Shown: positions 13,302 through 26,075 of the stretch, piece by piece | Layout: the number at the start of each line of letters is the position of its first letter | How positions within the stretch are numbered: the first letter of the stretch is position 1 | Assembly: GCA_030704615.1 (NCBI GenBank) | Contig: CM060733.1 | Coordinates: forward strand, 45,818,001-45,882,000 | DNA from: Takakia lepidozioides | Lineage: Eukaryota; Plantae; Bryophyta | Length of the DNA stretch: 64,000 nucleotides | Direction of reading: 5' to 3' | Program-made: the position numbers and the translations under genes | The notes under the pieces: generated by a model | What the model was told of the DNA's origin: nothing | What the model saw: the letters and a program-made list of their open reading frames with translations, nothing else | The model's database searches: none

Positions 13302-13881
13302 GGGAGATATGCACACAAGACTGCCAGGACGGTGTTCGGGCAAGCGCCCTGGGAGAAGGGGGATGCAGCGAGGGGAAGGAATGCAGGGCCGATTTTTCCG
13401 AGCGACGAAGCCTATTTACGAATCCGGGGAGCCCACTATCCCAAAAATCCACTGTCAGAGTGTTAATGAACCTTGTCTCCGGAATGCGGCCCCTGGCCTT
13501 TGCGCAATAACTACCAACGGTATGCAATCAGAAGATATATGACCAGTGCAGATGCGTTGTGCAAACCAATAATTGTGGCGTCTGACAAGAAACGTGGGGG
13601 GCGAGCGTGCAAGCACCTTCCCCATGGACAGAGGGAACTGACAGAGGTGGCATTCCAGTGGGTCTGATTGCAAGATTGAGTGCCAGACCCTCGCTGCCAA
13701 AAGTCAAAATTCAACAAAATGCAACATTGCACAAAAAGTGTAACTTTTGTTCAAAGGAGACATTTTTATTAATAATGAACTGTGACAAGTATGCATGCCC
13801 TTACAAACCGAGGGAAGCCAAAACTATGCATGCAATCCATGCTCAGGTAAGTTGGAAATTTGCTCCCGTGTTGCACTGTTC

Positions 13882-14446
13882 TCACCAAGAAGCTGGAACC
13901 TCGATTTGCCTCTCAACAAGCTCATGACTGACAGGGTGTCGGTAGGTGAAGACAATGGATGCAGCCCGTTCACCTTTGGTGTAGTGGACAACGGTGTCAT
14001 GTCCTCCGATATATGCACCATCGTAAATCCAGACCTTTTTTGTGGAGACTCTGTGTCCATAGGACTCATTCTCGTAGCTTATGAGAATGTCCCCATACAC
14101 TGTTTGGGATGGAATCCTCTCTGGCATGTACGTACACCCGATGCAATCCTTGTAGGCCCACTGGCAGCACCTCCAATGATGTAGTAAGGCCGTGCGGCTT
14201 TTGGGGATGTTCCATGCAGGCGGATACTGCAAATCAACGATTTGCAGGCACCAAAGCCGCGCAAGCCTGTCCCCGCGAGGCTGATCGTAGAAGCCAGGAA
14301 GGTACTCAAGAGCTAACAGGTGCACCCTCCTCTGCTGAGTGGTCTATCCAATCCTGCAAGTATATGAAAGTATCCCCTGACTTGGGCGAGAAGTCCCACG
14401 GGGTGAGATGCTTGTTTGGGCAGTTGTTGGGATCCCGGCACGCCAT
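13882..14446 (-). pseudogene. Frameshifted ORF of unknown function upstream of the transposase
   Basis: ATG at 14446 (MACRDPNNCPNKHLTPWDFSPK...) joins by one frameshift to globular-looking ORF 13882-14325. No family recognised. Confidence 0.35.
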
Positions 14447-14717
14447 CGCCGACTATTGAAAAGGCTGCCAGGAAGCAGACAGGGTGCGCAGGGAGGGGGG
14501 AGTGTGGGGAAGCTGAAGAGAGAGGAGCTCGGAGCGAGGAAGTGTTGTTGCTGTCTCGGTTTGAAACGCGTGGGTCACGAGAGAAGGTCGGGCAAGTGGC
14601 AAAGAAAAAGAGCAACATTTAATATAACCGTACCCAGGAATGAGGGGCAGAATTTAATTCGACATGGCGTCAAATCAGAGGGTGACGGCCCCACGTGTCT
14701 GCCAAAGAACAGCCTCC

Positions 14718-16930
14718 GGATGGAAAAACGGCGCCGAATTTCCATCCGAGGCCGTTCGGATGAAGTCGTCTCGGGGGGAGAGGCCGACACATGGCCGACA
14801 GAGATCATCCTCTGGATGGAAAAACGGCGCCGAATTTCCATCCGGGGCCGGTCGGATGAAGTCGTCTCGGGGGGAGAGGCCGACACCTGGCCGACAGAGA
14901 ACATCCCCCGGATGGAAAAACGACGCCGAATTTCCATCCGAGGCCGCTCGGATGAAGTCGTCTCGGGGGGAGAGGCGGTCACCTGGCCGACATAGATCAT
15001 CCCCCGGATGGAAAAACGGCGCCGAATTTCTATCCGAGGCCGCCCGGATGAAGTCGTCTCAGGGGGAGAGGCCGACACCTGGCCGACATAGATTATCCCC
15101 CGGATGGAAAAACGGCGCCGAATTTCCATTCGAGGCCGCCCGGATGAAGTCGTCTCGGGGGGAGTGGCCGACACCTGGCCGACAGAGAACTCATAGAACT
15201 CATCAGATATCATCCTCCCGATGAAAAAACGGCGCCGAATTTCCATCTGGGGCCGGTCGGATGAAGTCGTCTCGGGGGGAGAGGCCGACACCTGGCCGAC
15301 ATAGATCATCCCCCGGATGGAAAAATGGCGCCGAATTTCCATCCGAGGCCGCCCGGATGAAGTCGTCTCGTGGGGAGAGGCCGACACCTGGCCGACATAG
15401 ATTATCCCCCGGATGGAAAAACGGCGCCAAATTTCCATCCGAGGCCGCCCGGATGAAGTCGTCTCGGGGGGAGAGGCCGACACCTGGCCGACAGAGAACA
15501 TCCCCCGGATGGAAAAACGGCGCCGAATTTCCATCCGGGGCCGGTCGGATGAAGTCGTCTCAGGGGGAGAGGCCGACACCTGGCCGACATAGACTATCCC
15601 CCGGATGGAAAAACGGCGCCGAATTTCCATCCAAGGCCGCTCGGATGAAGTTGTCTTGGGGGGAAGAGGCCGACACCTGACCGACAGCGAACATCCCCCG
15701 GATGGAAAAATGGCGCCGAATTTCCATCCGGGGCCGGTCAGATGAAATCGTCTCGGGGGGATAGGCCAACACCTGGCCGACAGATATCATCTGCAGGATG
15801 GAAAAACGGCGCCGAATATCCATCCGTATCGACCCTTCATCAACAATTTTCAGTCGTTGCATCAAATTTTTCGCGTTTTTGGATCTAAGCAGACACTAAA
15901 CTTAGAGTTTTTGGCCTACAGGCCACTTTTTGGCACGTTATTCCCACCATCGTCGTCCGCCAGAGACAAATTCGGTGCCGGTTATCCTTCCATGAGGTGG
16001 ACCGAATTTTCCTGCAGGATGGAAATTCGGCGCCGGTTTTCCATCCGGCCGCCCTCCCGCTTACCTCCTAGATGGAAATTTGTCGCCGGTTTTCCATCCG
16101 GCCGCGCTCCCGCTTACCTGCTGGATGGAAATTCGGCGCCGGTTTTCCATCCGGGGGATGTTCTCTGTCGGCCAGGTGTCGGCCTTTCCCCCCGAGTCGA
16201 CTTCATCCGACTGGCGCCGGATGGAAATTCGGCGCCGTTTTTCCATCTGGGGGATGTTTGCTGTCGGCCAAGTGTCGGCCTCTCCCCCCGAGACGACTTC
16301 ATCCGGGCGGCCTCGGATGGAAATTCGGCGCCGTTTTTCCATCCGGGGGATGTTCTCTGTCGGTCAGGTGTCGGCCTCTCCCCCCGAGACGACTTCATCC
16401 GTGCGACCTCGGATGGAAATTCAGCGCCGTTTTTCCATCCGGGGGATGTTCGCTGTCGGCCAGGTGTCGGCCTCTCCCCCGAGACGACTTCATCCGGGCG
16501 ACCCCGGATGGAAATTCGGCACCGTTTTTCCATCCGGGGGATAATCTATGTCGGCCAGGTGTCGACCTCTCCCCCTGAGACGACTTCATCCGACCCGCCC
16601 CGGATGGAAATTCGGCGCCGTTTTTCCATCCGGGGATGTTCTCTGTCGGCCATGTGTCGGCCATGCGTCGGCCTCTCCCCCCAAGACAACTTCATCCGAA
16701 CGGCCTCGGATGGAAATTCGGCGCCGTTTTTCCATCCGAGGGATATTCTCTATCGGCCAGGTGTCGGCCTCTCCCCCCGAGACGACTTCATCCGACCGGC
16801 CCCAGATGGAAATTCGGCGCCGTTTTTCCATCCGGGGGATGATCTCTGTCGGCCATGTGTCGGCCTCTCCCCCCGAGACGACTTCATCCGACCGGCCCCG
16901 GATGGAAATTCGGCGCTATTTTTTCCATCC
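14718..16930. repeat. Foldback structure: two oppositely oriented arrays of a 96-bp GC-rich unit around a ~180-bp unique spacer
   Basis: GGATGGAAAAACGGCGCCGAATTTCCATCC at 14718, 14814, 14910, 15006, 15102 ... 15796 (about 12 copies). Reverse-complement units at about 16017-16930 (about 11 cores). Spacer about 15830-16010. Confidence 0.95.
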
Positions 16931-18216
16931 AACGGGCGATTGATGAATTCTCGGGGGGTGGGCCAGGTGGGGCCTGTGGCCGACCTCCATACCTATGACA
17001 TTTAAGGGCGCAGTTGCGCATTAAATGTCCTCCGCCATCAGTTTTGAACCGGATGTTCCGCATGGATTCCGCGCTTGCTTCCCGGATACGCCTTCGACAC
17101 CTGATGTGACGGGTGGATGAAGTTCCACTCGAGGCCTGTACGCACGCATTCTGCGGGTGATTTTTTCTTTTACTGGGACTTATGCCGCGTGGAGAAGGGC
17201 GTGGCTCTCCTGAGAGAAACCCCACATCCAAACCGCGGCGCAAACTGAAGGCTTTGTACTACGGGCGGTGTCCAACCTCTCGCATGGCCAAACTGAAGCT
17301 CTAGCAGGAGATCCCATTGTCTTGCTCACAGCCCGCGCCAACTGAAGCCGAGCACTCTCAGGCAAGCCCCTTCCTCTTTCGCTTTGTGTAACATGTGCGG
17401 TCTTCTTTGCTTTGTTTTGTTTCTTTTGGCCAACATCTTCAGCCTGGCAGCCCTGGAAGTGCATGGTTGCATTGCAAAAGCACAAGTTGGTGAGAAGAAT
17501 GATGAAGGTCAGAGGGGTTAGAAAGGAGCCAGGTCGTTGATGCATTGAGATTTGCAACAGGGTGCACACCTTCGCTGTAGATTACATGTTGCATCCCAAA
17601 ATTAAGGAAATCCATGCTGAGCTGAGAAGATTGTCTGGGCAGATGAAGTGCCTTCAAAATATTTCACCCTATTTTCCCGTCTTATCGAAATCGTCCTTAA
17701 ATTTTCATGTTGATTTCTGCAAGTTACTGGTTGAGTGAACATTTGATAATTTGCAATGCATGTGCAAAGCCGGCAGCTCTGGAGAAGGCTGCTTCTGCAT
17801 GTGATTGTTAGGCATTGCTTGGGTTTGTTTTCATTGTTGTTCCATGCCACTCCATACTTGGTTTTGTTTTGTTTTCATTGTTGTTCCACGATTGTTGCGA
17901 TGGTGGTTGCGATGGTGGTTTTCATTGCGATGGTGGTTCTCACGATTGTTGGGGATGACGGAGTGAAGACGAGTGCGACATGCTGGTGGTATCATTGACA
18001 GCTCCAACTGCTCGAGCAGTCACTCCAAAAGCCGCTAGTCGTCAATCGCAGTCGGAGAGTCGTCGGCAGCAGACGTCGGAGCTGGTGCTTCGCATGTTTG
18101 GATCATCCAACTTGGGGTGGGAGGGCAAACTAAATCTTGCTCCTTTTGTTGGTGGACGGGAGGACCTCCAGCGAGAGTACGCCAGAATAGGCATTCGGGA
18201 GGTTGGTGCAGGCGGC

Positions 18217-21200
18217 ATGGCAGGTGAAGGGCGTCGGATGAGGACATCAGATCCGGAAATGGAGGAAGCTGATGCACATGCAGTAGGGCCCGCCCACGCA
18301 AAGAAGAAGAAGAAAGCCAAGCACATGCAATCCCCTGCGAGAGAGCCGTCACAGGCTGCGGAGGGGGGAGTGAGCAGGGCGCGCGAGGGTATCAGTTCGC
18401 CTCAATCAAAGGTGGTGGTCCTGGAGGCCTCCCCTGCTGCTACCCCTAGTAAGAAACAGAAGGCCCGTGAGAGGGCAAAAGAGAGGGCAAAAGAACAGGC
18501 GAGACAGAAGGCTAGCCAGGAGGCAAAGGAAAAGGCCACTGAAGAGGCCAGGGTTGTCGAAATGACAGATGCCCATGTAAGCGAGGGACGCACAGAGACG
18601 GTGGATCCCTCAAAGACACCAGAAATAGGAAGTAACACACCGGCTGCATCCTTACCGGTTACACCATCGCGGGTGGGAGCAGCCCCCGCAATTACACATA
18701 CGGTGGAGAGTGGAGGAGGGGAAAGAACACCACAAAGAGCACGGATTTTGGGAGTTTGAGGTGGAGCCGGGGAGAGGGCAGTAGAGACGGGGAGAGTGCT
18801 CAAGGTGCTTCTGCCGGTGGTTGACCATGTTGAGGACGACGAGAGGGAGCTTTCTGACCAGGATGACATCCTCCCGGACATCCCTAGGCCCCAAACCCGG
18901 AGTATACAGGCTGGATTTGGCGGTCCTGGTGGGCTGCCGGAGAACCCCCCTGCAACAGACGTCATGTCGGAGGCGGATATGAAGTTGGCTGCTGCCAAGA
19001 TGTTGGAGGCAACCCACAGCAACATTGGCAGGGTCCTGGGGGGCATGGTGTACCCGGCCAAGCTTCGGATTCCCCTTTGCCGCTTGGTATCATTGCAGGT
19101 GGTGAGACTTGCCCTCCTAGGCGATATCGACAAGCTGAAATTCTCTTTCCGAGAGGGATATCAAATGGGGTCTGCTGCGTTTTACGTTTCCATTGAGAAC
19201 GACCACGGAGCTTCTCGTGCCCACACTTCCGATGAGGTGGACAAATGGGGTCCCCATTGGCAAAGGCGAAATGAGGAGTTCGAGAGATTGATTGCTACTG
19301 ATCCTCTTTTCCAGCACTTGTCCAGAAAGATGTTTTACATCTAGGATGGCAATCATCGCCTCTTGGCATGGATGGAGTACATAGCCCAAGCCCACCCCAA
19401 CGACCTGGATTAGCATTTCGCCATGGAGTGTGTTGTGCTGAAGGTTGCGGGGCCCAAAGATCGCAGTCTTCTCAAAGCTGCAATGGCAGACATCAACTCG
19501 TAAGTTACAATGCCTCTTGCTTTGGAACTTTGAATTTGAAACAGTCATTTCATTGTCAATCGTCATATTTGTTGCAAATTCTCATTTCAGTATTGTTTAA
19601 TGGAAATGTGGCATTGCAGGGTGACTGAGAATGCCTTCATTGCCACCAACTTGTCCCATGTGCTCTTCTGAATGAAGGATGTCAGGAAGCAGGGGGTGCA
19701 AGAGTTTGCCAATTCGCTCAGTACCGACCTCCTGCGCAAGTCGGAGGCAAAGGCAGACAGAACCTGGTATAGGCTGAGCATGGACGCCATGGTGGACTAC
19801 ATATTTCGGGTAAATCTCCTGACTGTTTTGTTCAGCTAATCTGTCTCTCCTCCCCCAATAGAAGAAAAAGTGTTGACCATGATTTCTAATCTTATATGTG
19901 CATTCTTGATAGACAAAAATTCAGCAGGATTTGGCACATGCGCGGAGGTTCTACATGGAGTCAGAGGAGAAGAAACTAACCCTCCCGGCACTGGAATCGT
20001 ATCTCAAAGCTGCGGAGGCGAAGGCCCGCATAAAGTACAAGTCGCGGATGGTAAAGTACGTGGCCATAGCTGATCCCGCCCTTGGTGCCAACTTTATGGT
20101 GGAGGTGGGGAAGCACTACTCCCGCGCTCTTAAGCCCACGATGACATTGGAGAAGTTGCATCGTCTAGCCACATCCTGTGTGGATGCAACAGAAAAGGTT
20201 ATACATTCTTAACCAAATTGTCGTGGCAACAATTTGTTTTTGTGGTGTTTGGCGCTTACTAATGTGCTGGGTGGTTGGACAGACCCGGTGGCTCCAAATC
20301 TGGAATGGTTCCCAAAGTACAAGGAGCTTCCCCAAACCCGACAAACTGTCTGACCCCACATTCGACATGTGGATGAACCGCATGACATGGTGGTTTCAGG
20401 TACTTTCCCATGCTTCATTTGCCGGTTCTACACTTGTACCAGGTGGATTTACTGTATTTTTTGAGGAAAGCGGTCTGATGGAGAATTTCCACAGGTGACG
20501 ACGAATGCGTAAGAGCAGCTTGACACACAAGCACATCAGTTCAAGTTGGAAGCCTACGCGACTATGTGACGAGGTACTTTCTGCTCTACAAAACCGACCT
20601 ATTCTTTCGAGAGATACCCATGCCCGCCGGAGCCACGAGTTCACCAACCAGCCGAACGCGGACAAAGCGGCAATGCGCCTTCTGTACATGTACATACGCG
20701 ATGCCTTTCTTTTTAGTCCCTACATTTCTAGGATGTAAGAGGCCTTATGTGGCGCATGAAAATTAGTTGTGAAGAAGACCTTGGAAAAATGGCGCCGAAT
20801 TTCCTGATTCGGGACCTGGGGGATGGCTGTCCAGGGGGTGGCTGGCACTCAGTCTGGAAATTCAGCGCCATTTTTCCAGTTTTGGCCCAGTCAGTCTGGG
20901 ACTTAGCCATTCTCTCTCGGCCCAACCTGGGAAAATGGCGCCGAATTTTCCAGTTCAGGGCCCCGAAAATGGCTAAGTCCCTGGGGTGGCTAGCACCAAA
21001 ACTGGAAATTCGGCGCCATTTTTTCCAGCCTCCGGCCGTCAGTTCTGGGACTTACCATCCACCGCTTCCTCCACATCCGAATCCCCCAATTCCTTCCAAA
21101 GAACCTGGGAAAATGGCGCCAAATTTCCAGTTCAGGGCCCGAAAATGGCTAAGTTCCTGGGGTGGCTGGCACCGAAACCGGAAATTCGGCGCCATTTTTC

Positions 21201-24043
21201 CAGTTCCGGGCCCAGTCAGTTATGGGACTTAGCCATTTTCGGGCCCTGAACTGGAAATTCGGTGCCATTTTTCCAGGTTGGGGCCCAGCCCTTTCTGCCA
21301 TTTTCGGCCCCAACCTGGGAAAATGGCGCCGAATTTCCAGTTCAAGGCACCGAAAATGGCTAAGTCCCTGGGGTGGCTGGCACCGAAACCGGAAATTCGG
21401 CGCCATTTTTCCAGTTCCGGGCCTAGTCAGTTCTGGGACTTAGCCATTTTCGGCCCCAACCTGGGAAAACGGCGCCGAATTTCCAGTTCAGGGCCCCGAA
21501 AATGGCTAAGTCCCTGGGGTGCCTGGCAAAAATGGCGCCGAAATTCCACTTTCATTGCAGAACACCCCGGAAAGCCGAGACCACCGGGCCGACCCCGTAT
21601 AGAAATTCAGCGTCTATTTTGCAGTTTCATTCCCTAAAATTTACCTCGTTCCCGGGACCTCATTCTGTGTGTGTTTCTTGAATGCAGGTACTGCAAGTTC
21701 TCCCTTTTGGAGAAAGGTCATCTGTCCTTCGAGCCGCCATTCTTCCTCGCATGGAGGAACCTTGGGGCTGACTCTATGTACACTGACGCTATCGTGAAGG
21801 AGTGGCATTTGGAACATTTGCGCGACTGCCCTTGGTATGTGGACCTTCCGCCCGCCTCGCTCGACTCATCCGAGTTTCAATTGAAGCGGGATGCGGAGGC
21901 CCGACGAAACTGGGCTCCTCTGCCTCCGCTGGGTCCAAAGGAGGCGAAAGCGCTTGCCAAGTCCAGGAAAGCTGCAGAGCTTGCTCAGGCAGGTATTCAG
22001 GAGAAATTGAATGAGAAGAATAAAGGACAAATGAAAAGGACACGGAAAGAGGGGAGTACAGTAACCCCCAAAAAACAGAAAACCACCGGGGCACCAGAGG
22101 AGGCGCAGGAGGGGCCCCAAGGGAGTGACTCTGATGACGACTTTGTGCAAGGTCCTGCGACTGCTACTGCTGCTACCAAGTCACCGGTCATCCGGGTTCC
22201 CAAGTCAGTTCGGACTGGGACTGGCTCTGCCATGGAGTTGGCATTTGAGGGCGAGCCTACACGGCGGTATTTGGCGGTGACGTTTCCGTAGAGGCCAAAG
22301 CTAGAACCCCCAACCATCATCCAATATGTCAATGAGAGTTTCCTTGACGCTCTGGCTTCCAGGGCGAAGAAGGTGGCACACAACAAGTCTCTGGCGGAGC
22401 TGAAGGGGAAAGCCAAGAAGAGGGCTGTCGGTATAGAGCCTAAAGACACCCCTGGTTTGGAAGCCATGATGGAGTTCTTCACGGCTGTGAGCACGGATTG
22501 CAAGAGCACTCTGGGGGGGGGTTGAGGTGGAGAGAGCCTGCAATATGATTCTCCTTGATATTCCAGATGGGGAGCTGCTGGAGGGCCTGGATGGTGTGCC
22601 CACCAGGAACAGGTTTACTGAGGACTACTGGAGAGCCGGGTTTGGGCTGGCGGGGATGCTCCTGGATGACGGTGGATGTATGGTGGTCCTTGCCACAAGA
22701 GGGAAGACCACAGAGAATGTTGTGGCAAGATGGACATCGAAAAGTGTCACCCCGGTCCTCCTCAAAAAATGGTTCTGCATCAATACACAGGGGTTGCAAA
22801 CAGAGGGCCAGAGCGTAAGTGATCAATCTATTGCATTCACTTCACATTGTGGTGTATCTAAACTAGACCCTGGAGTTGATCCCTCTTTTGTTGGATGTGC
22901 AGACATTGGTGTTTGAGGCATATTGTTTTGTGAAGAGAGGATCCATGTTCAAATTCCGCAACGACGGTCGTCTTGTTGTTGCCGCTGTGGACCCTGTTAC
23001 CTACGATGTCCTCTACAACTATGTGCCCCACTCCGGTATGCCAAAGGACACAAAGACAGGCAAACCGTGGCGGTACAGCCGGACCCGGAGCCTTGCTTTC
23101 ATCCAAACCCTCATGGAGACGTGCTCGGATGTCCAGGGTGGATTTTTGACCTCACATGCGGCACGGGTAAGCCTTCACGTGCACAGTTTGTCCCCTGGCC
23201 CAATTGCAATTGCATGCCGCATGCTACTAACCGCCCGCTTTGTCCCTCATGTGCTTCAATGTGGGCAGGGACGTTGTCCGACAGGCATGTCTTCGCCTTT
23301 GAGCCAGATACTACCCTCCACAACTCCAAACTTGCAGCGGCTGAACGTCTGCCGAAAGAGGAAGAGGCATCCTCGGAGGATGAGGAAGAATCCGACAAGG
23401 AGCAGGGGCAGGTACAAGTTGGGATCGAGGCCGAGGAGCCCCCGGTTTACGAGTGAGTGGTCGCATTGTAAGTTGCCTCCTGATTTCGTGAGGCACCTCC
23501 CTTCGCTCTCTTATTTCATTGAAAGACCTTTTTTTGCTTCTGCTGGTATTGACATTCTTAAAGTGGATTTGTTCTTACTGCAGGATGCCAAGTACTGCAG
23601 GAGGGACGTCTACACTGTAGTTCATGGGTAGGATGAACGTGCCTTTTTTTGCCAAGGGGGATTTCATGCCTAGTCCAGAAAGGGACTACATCCTTCCTAC
23701 TTATGCTGCCCGACTTGCTTCGGTGTCGATTAGGAGGTCTTCCGAACCTAGTCGTGTACAGCAGATTTTAGACGAGGCAAGCCTCAAGAAAATGAAGATG
23801 AGGGAGGAAGCAGCAGCTATTAGAGCTCGTCAGGCTCGTAGATTTGTCTTGGATTCTCCTAAGGAAAGTGGGGGAGAAGAGGCAGAAGATTCCTAGGAGG
23901 TGAGGTGGACAGTCCCCCAAGGAGAGGACGGAATTTTTGAGAGGCATAGTGGAACTGATGCATCACAGAGCTCGGAGGATGGGGGGGATGAGGGGGATGA
24001 GGAGGAAGGTGGGGCAAGTTCCTCGGAGGGTGTAGGAGAGTAG
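18217..24043 (+). pseudogene. Multi-exon gene: low-complexity N-terminus, ParB/sulfiredoxin-like domain, and beta-class N6-adenine/N4-cytosine DNA methyltransferase domain
   Basis: ParB-like: LRIPLCRLVSLQVVRLALLGDIDKLKFSFREGY...MFYI*DGNHRLLAW (DGNHR 19345-19359). MTase motif IV region CNMILLDIPDG (DIPD 22557-22568), then EDYW..GFGLAGMLLDDGGCMVV, then RTRSLAFIQTLMETCSD..WIFDLTCGTG (motif I, 23139-23166) and ASMWAGTLSDRHVFAFEPD. Putative introns at about 19500-19619, 19810-19911, 20198-20282, 20735-21688, 22815-22901, 23167-23250 and 23453-23583. Multiple stops and frameshifts. Confidence 0.75.
20783..21620. repeat. Intronic array (~73-bp spacing) of GGAAAATGGCGCCGAATTTCC cores in mixed, often alternating orientation
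   Basis: About 12 cores, forward (e.g. 20783, 20930, 21108, 21318, 21464) and reverse (e.g. 20856, 21004, 21180, 21391). Same core as the 96-bp foldback unit. Confidence 0.9.
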
Positions 24044-24269
24044 TGCCCATTCCGGCTATGACAGTTAGGATACACTTGTATAGATGTGGCTTGCCACACA
24101 ATTGGCAATACAATGTTGCATTTCATTGCTATGACGAGTCAACTGGTGCCACATTCCAACTTCACATGACCCTATTTCCGTGCCTCCTAACCCTATTTCC
24201 GTGGACACACAATGGTCCGCTCATGCTTTTTGTTTTCCCGCTCATGCTCATGCCGCTCATGAAATAGCA

Positions 24270-26075
24270 GCCCCCCTATTTGTGCTCCCCTTTATGCTTG
24301 TTTATTGATGTCTAAATGGGTCACACATGGCCAGTATACCAAGTCAAAAAACCCCATAGGTGGAAGCGCCAAACAGTGTGGGTCACACACTGTTTGTGCC
24401 CCCCTTTCTAGTTGTTTTTTCATGTCTAAATGGGCCACACAGGGCCAGTATGCCATGTCAAAAAACCCCATAGGTGGAAGCACCAAACAGTGTGCGTCAA
24501 CGCACACTGTTTGTGCCCCCCCCTTTCTAGTTGTTTTTTTCATGTCTAAATGGGCCACACAGGGCCAGTGTGCCAAGTTCAAAACACCCGTAGTTGGAAG
24601 CACCAAACACTGTGCGTCGATGCACACTATTTGTGCCCCTCTCTCAGCCTATTTTTGGATGTCCAAATGGGCCACACAGGGCCAAAATGCCATGTCAAAA
24701 AACCGCATAGTTGGAAGCACCAAATAGTGTGCTTCAAAGCATACTGTTTCAGCTCCCCTTTATGCTTGTTTATTGATGTCTGAATGGGCCACACAGGGCC
24801 AGTATGCCATGTCAAAAAACCCCATAGTTGGAAGCACCAAATAGTGTGCGTTGTTTGTGCCCCCCTTTCTAGTTGTTTTTTCATGTCTAAATGTGCCACA
24901 CAGGGCCAGTATACCATGTTCAAAACACCCATAGTTGGTAGCACCAAAGAGTGTGCGGCAACGCACAATAACTGTGCCCCTCTCTCAGCCTGTTATTTGA
25001 TGTCCAAATGGGTCACACAGGGCCGGTATGCCATGTCAGAAAACCCCTAATTGGAAGCACCAAACAGTGTGCATCAAAGCACACTGTTTGTGCTCCCCTT
25101 TATGCTTGTTTTATTGATGTTTGAATGGGCCGCACAGGGCCAGTATGCCATGTCAAGAAGCCCCATAGTTGGAGGCACCAAACAGTGTGCATCAACGCAC
25201 ACTGTTTGTGCCCCCCTTTCTAGTTGGTTTTTCATGTCTAAATGGGCCACACAGGGCCAGTGTGCCAAGTTCAAAACACCCGTAGTTGGAAGCACCAAAC
25301 AGTGTGCGTCAACGCACACTGTTTGTGCCCCTCTCTCAGCCTGTTTTTGGATGTCCAAATGGGCCACACAGGGCTAGAATGCCATGTCAGAAAACCCCAA
25401 AGTTGGAAGCACCAAACAGTGTGCTTCAAAGCACACTGTTTGTGCTCCCCTTTATGCTTGTTTATTGATGTCTAAATGGGCCACACAGGGCCAGTGTGCC
25501 ATGTCAACAAATCCCATAGTTGGAAGCACCAAACAGTGTGCTTCAACGCACACTATTTGTGCCCCTCTCTCAGCCTATTTTTGGATTTCAAAATGGGCCA
25601 CACAGGGCCAGAATGCCATGTCAAAAAACCCCTAATTGGGAGTACCAAACAGTGTGCTTCAAAGCACACTGTTTGTGCTCCCCTTTATGCTTGTTTATTG
25701 ATGTCTAAATGGGCCACACAGGGCCAGTATGCCATGTCAAAAAACCCCATAGTTGGAAGTACCAAACACTGTTGACGCACACTGTTTGTGCCCTTTTCTC
25801 AACCTGTTTTTGGATTTCTAAATGGGCCACAGAGGGCCAGAATGTCATGCAAAAAAACCCCTAATTGGGAGCACCAAACAGTGTGCTTCAAGGCACACTG
25901 TTTGTGCTCCCCTTTATGCTTGTTTATTGATGTCTAAATGGGCAACACAAGGTCAGAATGCCATGTCAAAAAATCCCATAGTTGGAAGCACCAAACAGTG
26001 TGCGTCAACGCACACTATTTGTGCCCCCATCTCAGCCTGTTTTTTGATGTCTAAATGGGCCATACAGGGCCAGTA
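24270..26075. repeat. ~117-bp tandem satellite (about 16 units) with a 30-bp palindrome CAAACAGTGTGCGT-CA-ACGCACACTGTTTG
   Basis: aaatgggccacacagggccag recurs every ~117 bp. Three unit variants alternate. The array is interrupted at 26076 by the LTR element. Confidence 0.95.

Noticed and set aside
14408-17005. Long repetitive ORFs on both strands (e.g. 14575-15630, 15857-17005)
   Set aside because: Artefacts of a GC-rich 96-bp (3n) tandem unit that is open in several frames at once.
16990-17990. Possible minus-strand gene remnant between the foldback and the ParB-MTase gene
   Set aside because: Only fragmentary low-complexity ORFs; no recognisable domain or consistent exon chain.
20747-21637. 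ORFs in the GGCGCC array
   Set aside because: Translations of an intronic repeat.
18217-24043. Bacterial or phage contamination as the source of the ParB-MTase
   Set aside because: The gene has spliceosomal introns, one shared with the paralog, and is contiguous with plant genes and a plant LTR element.
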